Source of the DNA: Cyanophora paradoxa CCMP329
Taxonomy: Eukaryota; Plantae; Glaucophyta
Assembly: GCA_004431415.1 (NCBI GenBank)
Contig: QPMI01000088.1
Location: 62,001-126,000 of the forward strand
Direction: 5' to 3'
Length of the DNA: 64,000 nucleotides
Below are positions 1-10,900 of this stretch, piece after piece. The position numbers and the translations under genes were made by a program. How positions within the stretch are numbered: position 1 is the first letter of the stretch; every line of letters starts with the position of its first letter. A model generated the notes under the pieces. It saw only the letters and a list, made by a program, of their open reading frames with translations, had not been told where the DNA came from and made no database searches.

Positions 1-2498
1 CCGGCGCAGGCGGCGCCGCCGCCCTCGCCGGCCCCGCCTCGCCCAGGGCCGATGGTGACGAGGCCGCGCGCGCCGCCGCGAGCTCCCCCGCCCGTGCGCC
101 GGACCCCGCCCCGCCGCCATCTCCGCCCCCGTCTGAGGGCGCGGTGCGCAGCGACGGGGCTGGCGGCGGGGGAGGGGGCGCGGGCGGGGAGCGAGCCGGG
201 GCGGGCGGCGTCGGCGGCGCCGAGCGAGTCGTCGACGACGTCGGCGGCGACGAAGGCGCGGGAGGCCAAGCCGTACGCGGGGGACCCCGCCGCCGGGCCC
301 CTCCTCTACTGCATGAGCGTGCGCCCGCCCCCACGCCCGCCGGCCCGCCCCTCTCGGCCTTCGAGCAGCTCCTCGCGCGCGCAGGTGGTGAAGACGAAGA
401 AGGACCCGACAGTGCGGCGCGGGGCCATCGTCAAGGCCGTCGCCCTCTGCTCCTCCCGCCAGTTCGTCCACATGTTCCGCGTCCGCCCGGCCCCGCCCCC
501 CTCCCCGCCGCTCGCGCGGGCCCGGCCGAGCGGGCGGGGCGGGGCGGGCAGCCACTGCTGGTGATGGCGCTGAACCAGTACTTCGAGGGGAGCAACGTCG
601 AGGCGCGCCCTCCCCAAGCTCTCTCCCCTTCCGGGGGCGGCCGACCCCTCACGGGCTCCCGGCGCAGGTGCTGGCGGGGCTCTATGCGGCGCTCAACGCG
701 CTCGACCTCTCCGGCATGCCGGCCTACACGCCCGCACAGAAGGCCGTCTACCGCTACTGCCAGGTCCGCCCTCCCTCCAGAAGTGGGCGTCCGCCTCGCT
801 CGGCACCGCTCTGCGTCGTTGAGCTGCGGCTGGGCTGGCCCGGGAGCTCGCCGGGGCCCCCGCCGCGCGCTCACGGCTCCCGGCAGGTGGAGGAGTCGCG
901 GCGGCGCTACCCAGTGACGATCGGGTGGAGCGGGGGCCAGAAGCTCTCCGTGCCCCTCACCATGGAGGACGAGGAGGTCGGCGGGGTGCGCCGAGACCCG
1001 CCCCGCCCCGCCCGCCCCGCCGCGCGGCCTCGCTCGCCGCCGACGCGGCCTGGCGGGGCCCCCGGCAGGCGGACTGGGGCCCGGTGTCGTTCCTGGTGCA
1101 GACCTTCAAGGAGGCGGTCGTGCCGATCTACTCCTGCGTCCTCCTCGAGAAGCGCATCCTCTTCCTCGGCTACACCTCCGTCCGCCCCGCCCCAGCCCCC
1201 GCCCCCGCCCGCCCGCCCCACGGCTGAGTGGCGGGGGCAGTCGGCGGAGAACATCGCGCGGTGCGTGCTGGGGGCCTGCCGCCTCGTCTCGCCCACCGTC
1301 CCCGGCCTCCTCGCCGTGCTTCCTTCCCCGCCCGCCCGCTCCGCCCGCCCGCCCGGCCTCACGCCCCCGCAGCGGGCCTTCCCCTACGCCAACCTCGCCC
1401 ACCTCGACTTCCTCTCCGTCCCGGGGTACATCGCCGGCGTCGGCAACCCCATGTTCGAGGAGAAGCAGATGTGGTGGGACCTCTGCTGCAACATCGACAC
1501 CGGCGCCGTCCGCCTCGCCCCTCCCCGCCCTCCCCGCCCCCGCGGCGCCGCGCTCGGCTGCTCAGTCTCCCCCGCAGGTGACGGTGAACCCGTCGCTGGC
1601 GCTGAAGCTGAAGGAGATGGGGGAGGAGGGCCGCCTGGGGGCCGCCCCCTTCGACGCCGAGCTCGCCTCCCAGGTCCCCCCGCACCGCGGCGCCCTCCCC
1701 GGCCGGCGAGATCCCCGCTGAGCGGGCGCCCCTGGAGCAGGCGATCCACGGGGCGCAGCTGGGGCGGGGGGAGGACCAGGTGGCGGGGCTCTTCCGGGAG
1801 TACACGCGGCACCTGCTCGAGCTGGAGCGGGAGGAGTTCCTCGAGGAGGCCCGCCGCGCCGCCGAGCTCAAGGCCAACGCCCCCCGCTCCGCCGCCTTCG
1901 CCAAGACACCCTCCGCCCGCCTCTACGAGGCCGTGCGCCCCCGCCCCTCCCCGCACCGGCGCCGGCCGAGCCGGCTCGGCTGCAGCGGAAGAAGGCGGGG
2001 CGGGAGTCGCGGGCGGTGACGGCGGTGGACGTGGAGGGGATCATACGCGCCCTCCGCCTCCGCCGCGTCCGCCCTCCGCCCCCCCGCCCCCCTCGCGGCG
2101 GGCGCGGCTCTGAGGGGGCGGGCGTGCGGGCGGGGCCAGGGCCTGTCGGAGGCGGAGATGGGGCGCCTGCTGGGGGACCTGGAGGCCCACGTACAGACCC
2201 CCGAGCAGGTCCTCGAGGTCCGGCCCCCGCCCCGGGGTACAGCCTCGCCCCGCCTCGTTCGAGCCGCGCGCCGGCCGCCGCGCAGCTGCTCTCGTACCTG
2301 CCGGAGACGACGGGGGGCATCCTGCCGGTCGCCCTCGGGCTCTTCCACGGGCAGGAGGCGGTGCGGGCCTCGGCGGTGCGGCTCATCCAGCGCGTCGAGG
2401 CGAGCGGCGTCGGCGTCCGCTGCGTCGACTCCCTCAACATCTTCCTCCAGTTCGCCTACAACCGCTGCGCCAACGCCCTGCCCCCGCGCCCCGCCTGA
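1..2498 (+). CDS. Afi1/MesA-like (DENN-related, SPA domain) polarity/Arf-docking protein, multi-exon, 5' end outside or at window edge
   Basis: Spliced peptides LLYCMSVVKTKKDPTVRRGAIVKAVALCS, VLLEKRILFLGY, RAFPYANLAHLDFLSVPGYIAGVGNPMFEEKQMWWDLCCNIDTG resemble Afi1/MesA; short GT/GC-AG introns; stop TGA 2496-2498. Confidence 0.7.
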
Positions 2499-2764
2499 CG
2501 CCCCGTCCTGCCCCGTTCCCTCCAATGAGAAACATCACTAGTACTAGTCTCATTCACATTCGAAGCCTTGGCTCAGTGAAGAGCGTACGTCGCGGCGGCG
2601 GAAACGCAGCGCTGCGAGCTAGATCTAGAGTTGAATCGAGTCCGGGCACTGATCACAGAGAATCCCCAGCTCATGCACAACAGCTAAGCTTTGGCTTGAG
2701 CGTATCTTACTTAACAGTGTTTACACGGCGTCGAATTACTATTTCGGAAGTCTGCCCAAGGGTG

Positions 2765-3311
2765 CTAGCAGGCGTCGTCCGCTGCAGCCTCCTCGAGCAC
2801 GAGCGCGAGCTGGTCCTCCGCGTGCGCATCGTCGGCCTCCGCCTCGTACCATCCCTCGCCCTCCTCCACCTCCCCGCCCACGCCCTGCGGTCGCCGCCGG
2901 CCGCGGTCAGCACGACGCGCGCGCAGACTCGAGTGAGCAGCGCGCACGTCTCCGCCCGTGCTGTCCGCGGGAAAGCTGTGATTCAAAACGAGCCCGGAGG
3001 CGGTATCGCCCGACCCGTCGGATTCCGGAGTGGAGTCCTCGAGGCAGCTCTTAAGGGCGCTGTCTTGGGCGGTACAGTACTCTGAAATGCACATCTTCCG
3101 CACGAAGAAGTTCGCATCTTCGCACACGTCTGTCGAATCTATCGCGTTGTCGCTGCTGCAAGCGGGCGCCGGCCACTTCTCATGGCATACTTCAGTCCGC
3201 TCCTCTCGGCATGCATCCAGGGCGACGGCAAGAGCCTGCTCTGGAAGTCAGCCTTAAGCTAAGATCACTGCATGCAGCCGCAGCGCGCACCGAGCACGGC
3301 GACGTCGACAT
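2765..3311 (-). CDS. Hypothetical small Cys-rich protein with acidic tail
   Basis: Open frame LDACREERTEVCHEKWPAPACSSD...VCEDANFFVRKMCISEYCTAQDSALKSCLED; candidate ATG at 3311 with a probable first intron; start uncertain. Confidence 0.4.
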
Positions 3312-3857
3312 TGTGCTCCAGGGAGGCCGGTCTGGTTGTGATTGGACAGCTCTAGCAGCTAGCTCTAGCTACGTCCAGTTCAAGAGATTTCGAGTCAGCG
3401 TAAGCAGCCGTAAGGGTCAGGGGCAGCTCGCGCTCGCGGTTCTGGACGTCAACTGCAATCTGGATCGGTGCCGAGTTCTGGGAATTGAGCGGGCTATCGC
3501 CGTCAATCTAAACTACAGTAGGGCAGCTGGAAAGCTCTGGCGGCGAGCTTGGAGCTCCAGGCAGCTCCTTGAAGGGGGGGTACCATCGGTGGGCTATCAC
3601 CGCACTCTAGCTAGACGCAGCGCAGAGCCGAAGGGCACAGCGAGATCTTCTTGAATTGCATCTAAGACTCTTGCTTTAGAACAAGGAGCGTCCAGGGCAG
3701 CGACCGGCGGATCTCGCTCTCAGCCGTTCGCAAGCTGCGCCACCTTCTACGAACTTTCTGCGCTGTTTAGCTACTCACTTTCTGCGGGAGTTCCTCCTCT
3801 AGCGCCGGCGAAGCGAGGCACGCTTGTCCCCTCCAAGCCGCCGGACGCCGCGCCGCG

Positions 3858-5443
3858 ATGGCGGAAGCCGATGTGCACCCGGAGGACGTGCGCGATATGG
3901 CGGTCTACCTGGGCATCGACCCCTCCAGCGAGGCGCACCTCCTCTACATCGCCCGCCTCGCCTTGCGGCTCCCGTGCCCCGAGGGCTGGACGGAGCACAC
4001 GGACAAGGAGGGAAGGCCCTTCTACCGGTCCGCAGACGGCGCAGTGAGCCGCAGCCACCCGTCGGACGAGATGCTGAAGAAGCTGGTGCGCGCCCACGTC
4101 TTCTGCGGCCAGCCGCGCCCGGGGCGAGCGGGCGGGGGCAGGTGAGGCAGGAGCGGCGGCGGCACATTGCGAACATGGACGGGACGTCGCCGGAGGCGAG
4201 CTGGATGGCCTTCCGCGACGCGGACGGCATGCTCTACTACTACGACTTCGAGACGAGGTGCGCGCCGCGCTGTGCGAGGGGGCGCGCTGGGCCAACAGCT
4301 GCGGCAGGCTGACGAGCTCGAACGCGGTGCGGGCGGACCTCATACTGCCCTTCGCGTGGTCCATGGAGCTCCCCGCCCTCGAGGCGCGCCCCGCCCCGCC
4401 CCGCCCCGCCCCGCCCGCGCCAGCGCCGGCGCCTCGCCGACGCGCCTGGGGCGGCAGCCGGGGGGCGAGCACGCGCAGGAGCCGCCGGCGCAGCTGCAGA
4501 AGACCCGCGATGCCGACGCGTGCGCTCGCCCGCCCCTCCCCTCCGCCGCCGCCTCCACCGACGCGCGCCGCGCAGAACGGCGAGGCCGCCGCTGACGGAG
4601 CTGACGTTCTACTCGTGGTGGCTGGAGGGGGGCGGCGGCATGGGCGGGCGCGGCGTGGGCCCGCACGAGCAGGCGCAGGACACGCTCGCGGCGCAGAGCG
4701 TGCGGCACAGCCTCACCCTCGTCTTCAACATCAGCACGGGCAGCGCCAGCGTGCGCGGCGCGGGCCCCGCGCCCCGGGCGCCGCCCCCCGCTGAGCCCCG
4801 CCTGGCAGATCTTTGTGGACAGCGACGTGCACCTCGCGCTCCCCGGCATCACCGACGACCGCAACCGCCCTATCACCGTGCGCCCCGCACGGCGCGGCGC
4901 GGCGCAGCGCCGGCGCGGCGTCTCACCGGGGGCGGGGGCAGTGCTGGGACATCAACGTGGGGACGCGGGTGAACGCGCTGGGGCGGTGGGTGGTGCTGAA
5001 GCACGCGAGCGTGGAGACGCTGGAGTGGCTCGAGGCGCACCGCCGCCGCCTCTGCTTCGCCCGCGAGCGCCTCCGCGAAATCCTCCCCAAGGCCCGCCCC
5101 CGCCCCCGCCCCCCTGCCCTCCGCTCTGCTTTCTCTCCTCACGCCGGCGCAGTACTCGACGAAGAGCCGGGTGGGGTACCCTGAGATGCCCCTCATCCCA
5201 TTCCAGCGGCAGGCGGCCACCGAGATCCTCCTCGTGCGGGAGTTCGTGGTCAAGGGCAAGGCGAGCCTGCGGCGCCTGCGGCAGGAGGTCGCCGACATGG
5301 TCAAGGAGCTCGCGAAGCACCGGCCGCGCGTGGCGGAGCGCTTCGCGGTGGTGCTGGACCCCGACGGCCACCTCGAGCGCGGGGGCGGGGCCCTCGGCGA
5401 CCCCGCCCAGCCCCTCTTCGAGCTCACCTTCGTCGCCCGGTAG
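3858..5443 (+). CDS. WW-domain protein with CEP164-like N-terminus, multi-exon
   Basis: EDVRDMAVYLGIDPSSEAHLLYIARLALRLPCPEGWTEHTDKEGRPFYRS..SHP matches the CEP164-type helical+WW module; second WW-like SWMAFRDADGMLYYYDFET; stop TAG near 5443. Confidence 0.65.
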
Positions 5444-5917
5444 CCCCCTCCGAAGAGGAACGGTCTCTCTCGACTTGGCGAGCCTCGAGCCGGGAGCGGG
5501 GGCGGAGGGGGGAAGAAGGGGCGCCGCCCCGGGCGCGGCGGGGGCAGGGGCTCGTTGTGATTGGGGCGGGACCGCTCGATCGGGCTGGAACTCCATCGGC
5601 AATTGCGCGCATGCAAGCCTTGAAGTGCGCTCCTTGCAATTGAATGCAAGCCTCAAGATGCAATGGCTTCGGGCTGCTGCTACCGCTGTACTGCGCATCC
5701 GCACGTCTCGACTTGGCGTTCGAACGTGACGCGTTCATGATGCTCCTAGCTTTCGAAGTTTTGGAGCGCTCTAGTTGGAGCGTCAAGATACACTGGCTTC
5801 GGGCTCCCTAGTCTCGGCTCGCGTTATTGTTGTTGTAGCTGCAGCTTCATGCGCATGCACTGTCCTGCACAGGTCCGCCTAGATGACTTGTACCCCAACA
5901 CTTCGTTCGCAACCGAA

Positions 5918-7470
5918 ATGGCCTTCGTGGTTCCTGCTTCCTGCGGCGCGCAGGCCCGCGCTGGGCGCGTGGCATTCGAGACATCGTCGTCGACGTCGCA
6001 CGCGCACGTCGCGCGCGCCCTCCGCCAGCCGGCCTCCCTGCGCCGTGCCGCCTTCCTCGGCTCGAGGGTGGCGCCTCGGAGCCCTCGCTTCAACGCCGGC
6101 GTCTCTTTCTGCGGCCCCGTCGCCTCCGTAGAGCAGCTCCAGAAGGTCCGCCGATGATTGCTAGCTAAGCGCACGCGCGCCGGCCCCGGCTCGCCTTGCG
6201 CCCTCGGCTCGCCCTGCTCCGCGCGTCTAACACGCCTGTCTGACAACCCTCGCAATGCGCAGGTGCTGGAGGAGCAGAAGGCGCTGCCGCGCCTGTCGCC
6301 GGCGGAGACCGTGCGCGGCCTGATTAAGAAGGGGCGGTACTGCACGCTTTCGACCAACAGCTCGAAGCATGAGGGTGCGCTCGCGAGCCGCACGCCAGGT
6401 CTTGCGTCGCGCGCGCGAGCTCCGCATCTTGAAGGGTCGGCCGGTCACAGGCTTCCCCTCCGGCGCGGTGATCCAGATGGCGGAGGTCGATGGCACGCCG
6501 ATTTTCAGCTTGAGCTCGATCTCCATCCACACGCAGGTGAGCCGCGGAGCCTGCGACCCTAACCTGAGCTCATCTGACACGCGGCCCGCAGGACCTGCTC
6601 AAGGACCCGCGCTGCTCGATCACGGTTGCCCCGGGCTTCGCCGGTGCGGTAATTGACTACGAACGAAGGTTCGACGGCGTTGATAGGCGCGGCAGGCATG
6701 TCGGACCCGCGCGTCGTGCTGCTGGGCAAGGTGGAGAAGGCCGCCGAGTCCGAGACGGAGAAGCTGAAGGAGGCGTTCCTGAAGGTGCACCCGGATTCTT
6801 TCTGGGTGGAGTTTGGCGACTTCTCTTTCTGTGAGCGAGTCCCCTTTGCTTTCCCGCTTGTGTGCCCCACCCTGATTCTGGGATTTTTCCTGCTTGCAGT
6901 CAAGTTCACGGAGATCAAGGCCGTGAACTTCAACGGGGGCTTTGGCGCCGCCGTGAACTTTGGCAGCGATGAGTACTTCGCTGCCTCCCCCGACCCCCTT
7001 ATCGACTTCGCTGCACCCGTCATGCGCCACAGTACGAGCCCTTCCTCAGTGGAAGTTTCTTTGCCCAGCTCACCTTGCCAATTTGCACAGTGAACGATGA
7101 CCACGAGGAGGACCTGAAGCTGTACGCGAAGCACTACCTCTCCCTCGACGTGGACGGCGCCAAGATGAGCAACGTCGACCAGTGCGCTCGATACTGCCAA
7201 CGGCAGCATGTGCATATCTTGTTTCTCTTTGGCTGATCACATGTGCTTCAGGTATGGATTCGATATGGCAGTGCAAGTCGGCGGTGGGTTCCAGCTGCAG
7301 TTTGCATTTCAGGTTGACATTCATGCGATTCTAACTGGCACCGCTGTGCAGAGATGAAGGCCACGGTCCGGCTGCCCTTCAAGGAACGAGTGGACAACCG
7401 GAAGGCGATCAAGGAGGCTCTGGTCTCCTTGCACCAGGATGCGATGGCCAGCAAGGGCGAATCTAAGTAA
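5918..7470 (+). CDS. Plastid-targeted HugZ/glutamyl-tRNA reductase-binding-like protein (PNPOx-like split barrel + DUF2470)
   Basis: MAFVVPAS transit peptide; RLSPAETVRGL, CTLST, FPSGAVI, FSLSSISIHTQDLLKDPRCSITV, HPDSFWVEFGDFSF, GGFG, MRHMNDDHEEDL; stop TAA 7468-7470. Confidence 0.8.
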
Positions 7471-7528
7471 TCTATTTCTAGATAGGTATGCATCTACATA
7501 CTGTTGGAATATGAGCCAAGTGGGGCAA

Positions 7529-10301
7529 TCAGCCCGCCTTCCTGGGGCGCTTCGGCTTTGGCTTGGGTGGAGACTCTTCCTCCTCACCTTCATCCTGGGA
7601 GCCACATAAAGAGCCAGAAGTGGAGAGCATGGCAAAAGAGAAAGGGTCTTGCCTGCACAGATGCTGTGCCACGGCTGAATGACAGGGTCGTCTGCTTGAG
7701 CTTCGAGCCTGCTGCCGCAGCAGCCTTGCGGGGTGCTGCTTTCTGTTTTGCTGTCGTTGCCGCCTGTGAGGTCGCCTGGCCCTTGCGGCGCGAGGGAGGT
7801 GCTACGCAATTCAAGCACGCGTCAGAGCTGCAGGGATGCCACGTGGATCGAATGAACAGAGAGCGCACGAGCAGCAGGGGCATCAAAGCCATCATCCTCA
7901 TCGTCCAGAACCACTGCATCGCTTGCACGGGGCTGGAGATTCGTCAGAGATGGAGACCTCTACAAAAAAGGAAGCAACAAGAACCTCAGAGGGTCCAGCT
8001 TGCGGTGCCGCAGAGGAAGAATCGCCTAGAGGCCTTGTAGCTGGCGCACTGCTTGACTCTGCTGGCCTTGACGCTAGGATGCCCTGGAGTTGATTGATCA
8101 GGGTGAACTGCTATTAAAAAGGCAAATAAAGGCTAGGGTACCTGCAGCTCATCTGGCTTGTCCACATCTGCACCGGGCTGAGTGAAGAGGAAGTTCTGCG
8201 TGTCCTCCAGGGACTTGAGCACGAATCTAAGACGAGGAGACGTGAGCTTCATTCATGCTGCTGGTACGACACGTGCACTTACTCGTTGATGGAGAGCTTC
8301 TCGTCCTTCTCCACGAACTTCTGCACTGCAGAAGCGAAGTCGTTCTGTGGGAGGATCTGCAGCTGGTGGCTCCTCAGCATGTCCATGACAAGGTCATCGA
8401 TCCTTGTCTGGTCCAGCGGCTCAGATCGATGGAGGTCTGCGAATTCTGCAGCAGTCGTATCTGCGGCAGTCTTCTTGCCTGAAACGCATGGTAAGAAGAC
8501 GAGAGCGCAAAGGCCCAGCAAAACTGGCAAATCCACCTTTCTCCTGTGTGCGGCGTTTAACAAACAGAAGAATGTCCTCACTGTTTGCCACCCGCTGAAC
8601 AAATCTTTGTCCAAAGCGCTGAGGATTGATGGTAGAAAAGCCTCCAGAGTAGTCAACCTGATAACTCGGATGTGAGGAAAAGCACAGCAAACAAAGAGGA
8701 CAGCACTGGCCCGAAGCTTGATGAGAGGCAGATGAAGGTTTGGGTAGTCTGGATCCGGAGGGTGCTCCCGTGCAGCTACCTCGATCATTTCCTCAACCTG
8801 CATCAACAATGTCAGCACAAGCAGCGAGAACTTGGTTCTGAGAGCCCTTGCACCTTCTCAGCCAAGTATTCAGTCACTGCATCTGTGTCCTTGGGATCCA
8901 AAGGCGGTTGTGCAACTGAGAGTGTGATGTCCTCCATAATGAAAGGTCGAACAGTCTTCAGCCTAATAGGTGTGAAACGGTGCTCCTTTCCGCTGACCTC
9001 CAGAAGGGCCATATGCCTGCAAGCTCATGAGCACAATGCCAATGATTTTAATGAAAGTAGAGATAAGTCACTTTGGCTTTGCCTCTCCCTCAATCAACGA
9101 AGTTGCAACTGTTGATCCCGGCTGAACGACAAAGAATCCTCCAGCAGAGCTCTCCCACGGGTTGATGAGGCTCTCATGCTCGTGGCCCCAAATAACGAAG
9201 TCCTTGCAATCAAACTCAGCGAAAGCTTGTGAAGCTCAGCACAAGAGCGCACCAGAAAAGGAGCCAACATCTGTTCGGTGATGGTGCTCTTGGAGTTCCG
9301 ACCCTCTCTGCAGACGTAGAATATGTAAAGCATGCAGCATTGCATCGAGAAGGCAAGCCATTCACCGGTTCTGGTGGATGACAAAGATGTTGAACCAATC
9401 CTGGCGATTCTCTGCCGGTGTCACCCACTTCACGTTCTTCTCACGAAAGATGCGGTAGAGGCGCTCATCCCGAATGTTTCCGAGCCCATACAGGGCGATC
9501 TGCACGATGTCAAGCAAAGCAGATAGGCACTCAGAACGATAATGCACCTTTGATGAACCCTTGGTAATCAGCACAGGTGCAAGGTGTATTTCCTTCAGAT
9601 CCTGTGCCCGTCCAAAGTAGTTCAGGAGGTTTGTGGCTGCCAGCAGATCGATGGCGGACAAGTCGCCATCCTGAAGAAAGAAAGAACCAATGTATGTGTT
9701 AACTAGAGCACAAAGGCGCTTGTGAGACATGCACCCCAGAAGGATCGTCATGATTGCCGTGCACAATGAAGACAGGCAAATCGATGTTGAAGTTAGGGTC
9801 CTCGTAGTTGACACAGCCGGAGCTGCACGCGTCGGAAAGCCGTTATTGAATCGAAAAGAATCGACATAAGAAGACGATAGGGGCCGGAGGGCTGCTGGAC
9901 CTGTTCCTGAAATTCATCTTTTGATCGCTGACCACTTGCACCTGGACGGAGCGGTCTCCAAAGCAGTACTTCCGGAAGATTTCCATAGTGCGATGTAAAG
10001 TCTTGCGAGAAGGCTTGTTGTCGTGGAACAGGTCGCCGCCCAGCAGCACAAAGTCGACCTGTCGCGGGGTTTGACGCGCCTGCAAGGCCACGGCTGCGCA
10101 TGCAGTACCTCCATCTCGCGTGCTGTCCTCATGATCTCCTCGAACGTGTTGAATGAGTCGTCGCCGCGCACGGGGTGCCGCTCCAGGAAGCCGACGTGGT
10201 TGTCAGTCGCCTGGGGAGCGCTCGCTTCAGCCGACGGGCGCTTAACGAGGCGGCGGATCGCGCGTATGCACCACCAGAATGCGGATGAGTTCCTCGTTCA
10301 T
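7529..10301 (-). CDS. MRE11: Double-strand break repair nuclease MRE11, multi-exon
   Basis: [89 protein letters not shown]; basic C-terminus [12 protein letters not shown]. Confidence 0.97.
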
Positions 10302-10423
10302 CGCGCCTGGTTGCGCTCACACGGGCGAGAAGGGAGCGGCCAAGGTGTGCGCAGCCGAAATTCGTATGCGGTTGCAGGTTACACGCATACGGTGCTTTTT
10401 GAGTCTGCGTGCAGTTGAAGGCC

Positions 10424-10770
10424 TGCTCGAGTGCCTAGCTCGCGTTCGCCTGCGCTGACCCGGCGCTCCAGCTCCCGCGGTGCTGCGCTTTGCTCCGCTT
10501 CTCGCTGCCGAGTGCGCGCGCTTCCCGAAGGATTACCGCCACTCGCCGCTCGCCGCCTGCAGCGCTCGATGGCAGCTGCACCTGAGCTCAAACGCGTAAG
10601 AGGGTCTTTGCCAAGCCGGGACCTCGAGCGGATCTGCCTTTTCAACCGTCGCTGTAGTATAGCGGTCAGTATACCTGCCTGTCACGCAGGTGACCCGGGT
10701 TCAATTCCCGGCAGTGGCGCTTTTTCAACCCCGGGCCTCTTTTGCGCTGGGCGCTCGTGCCCGCGCTCTC
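10424..10770 (+). repeat. tRNA-Asp cassette copy 1 (tRNA plus conserved ~225-bp upstream and ~50-bp downstream flanks)
   Basis: Colinear with the reverse complement of 50019-50364 (shared GCAGCTGCACCTGAGCTCAAACG, CGCTTCCCGAAGGA, GGCCTCTTTTGCG). Confidence 0.9.
10648..10719 (+). tRNA. tRNA-Asp(GTC)
   Basis: Acceptor stem GTCGCTG/CAGTGGC, anticodon arm CCTGC-CTGTCAC-GCAGG, T-loop GGTTCAATTCC, followed by a T-run; resembles plant cytosolic tRNA-Asp. Confidence 0.97.
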
Positions 10771-10900
10771 TGGATTCAAATTACGTTCTAATTTGGTTTA
10801 AGGTCCGTCTGTCTCCTCTCAACGCTCAAGATCTTGCAACGGCTAAGGCCGGGTCTAGGTCTAACCGTCGCTAACGTCGACTGCTGCCGCCCGATCAGAA

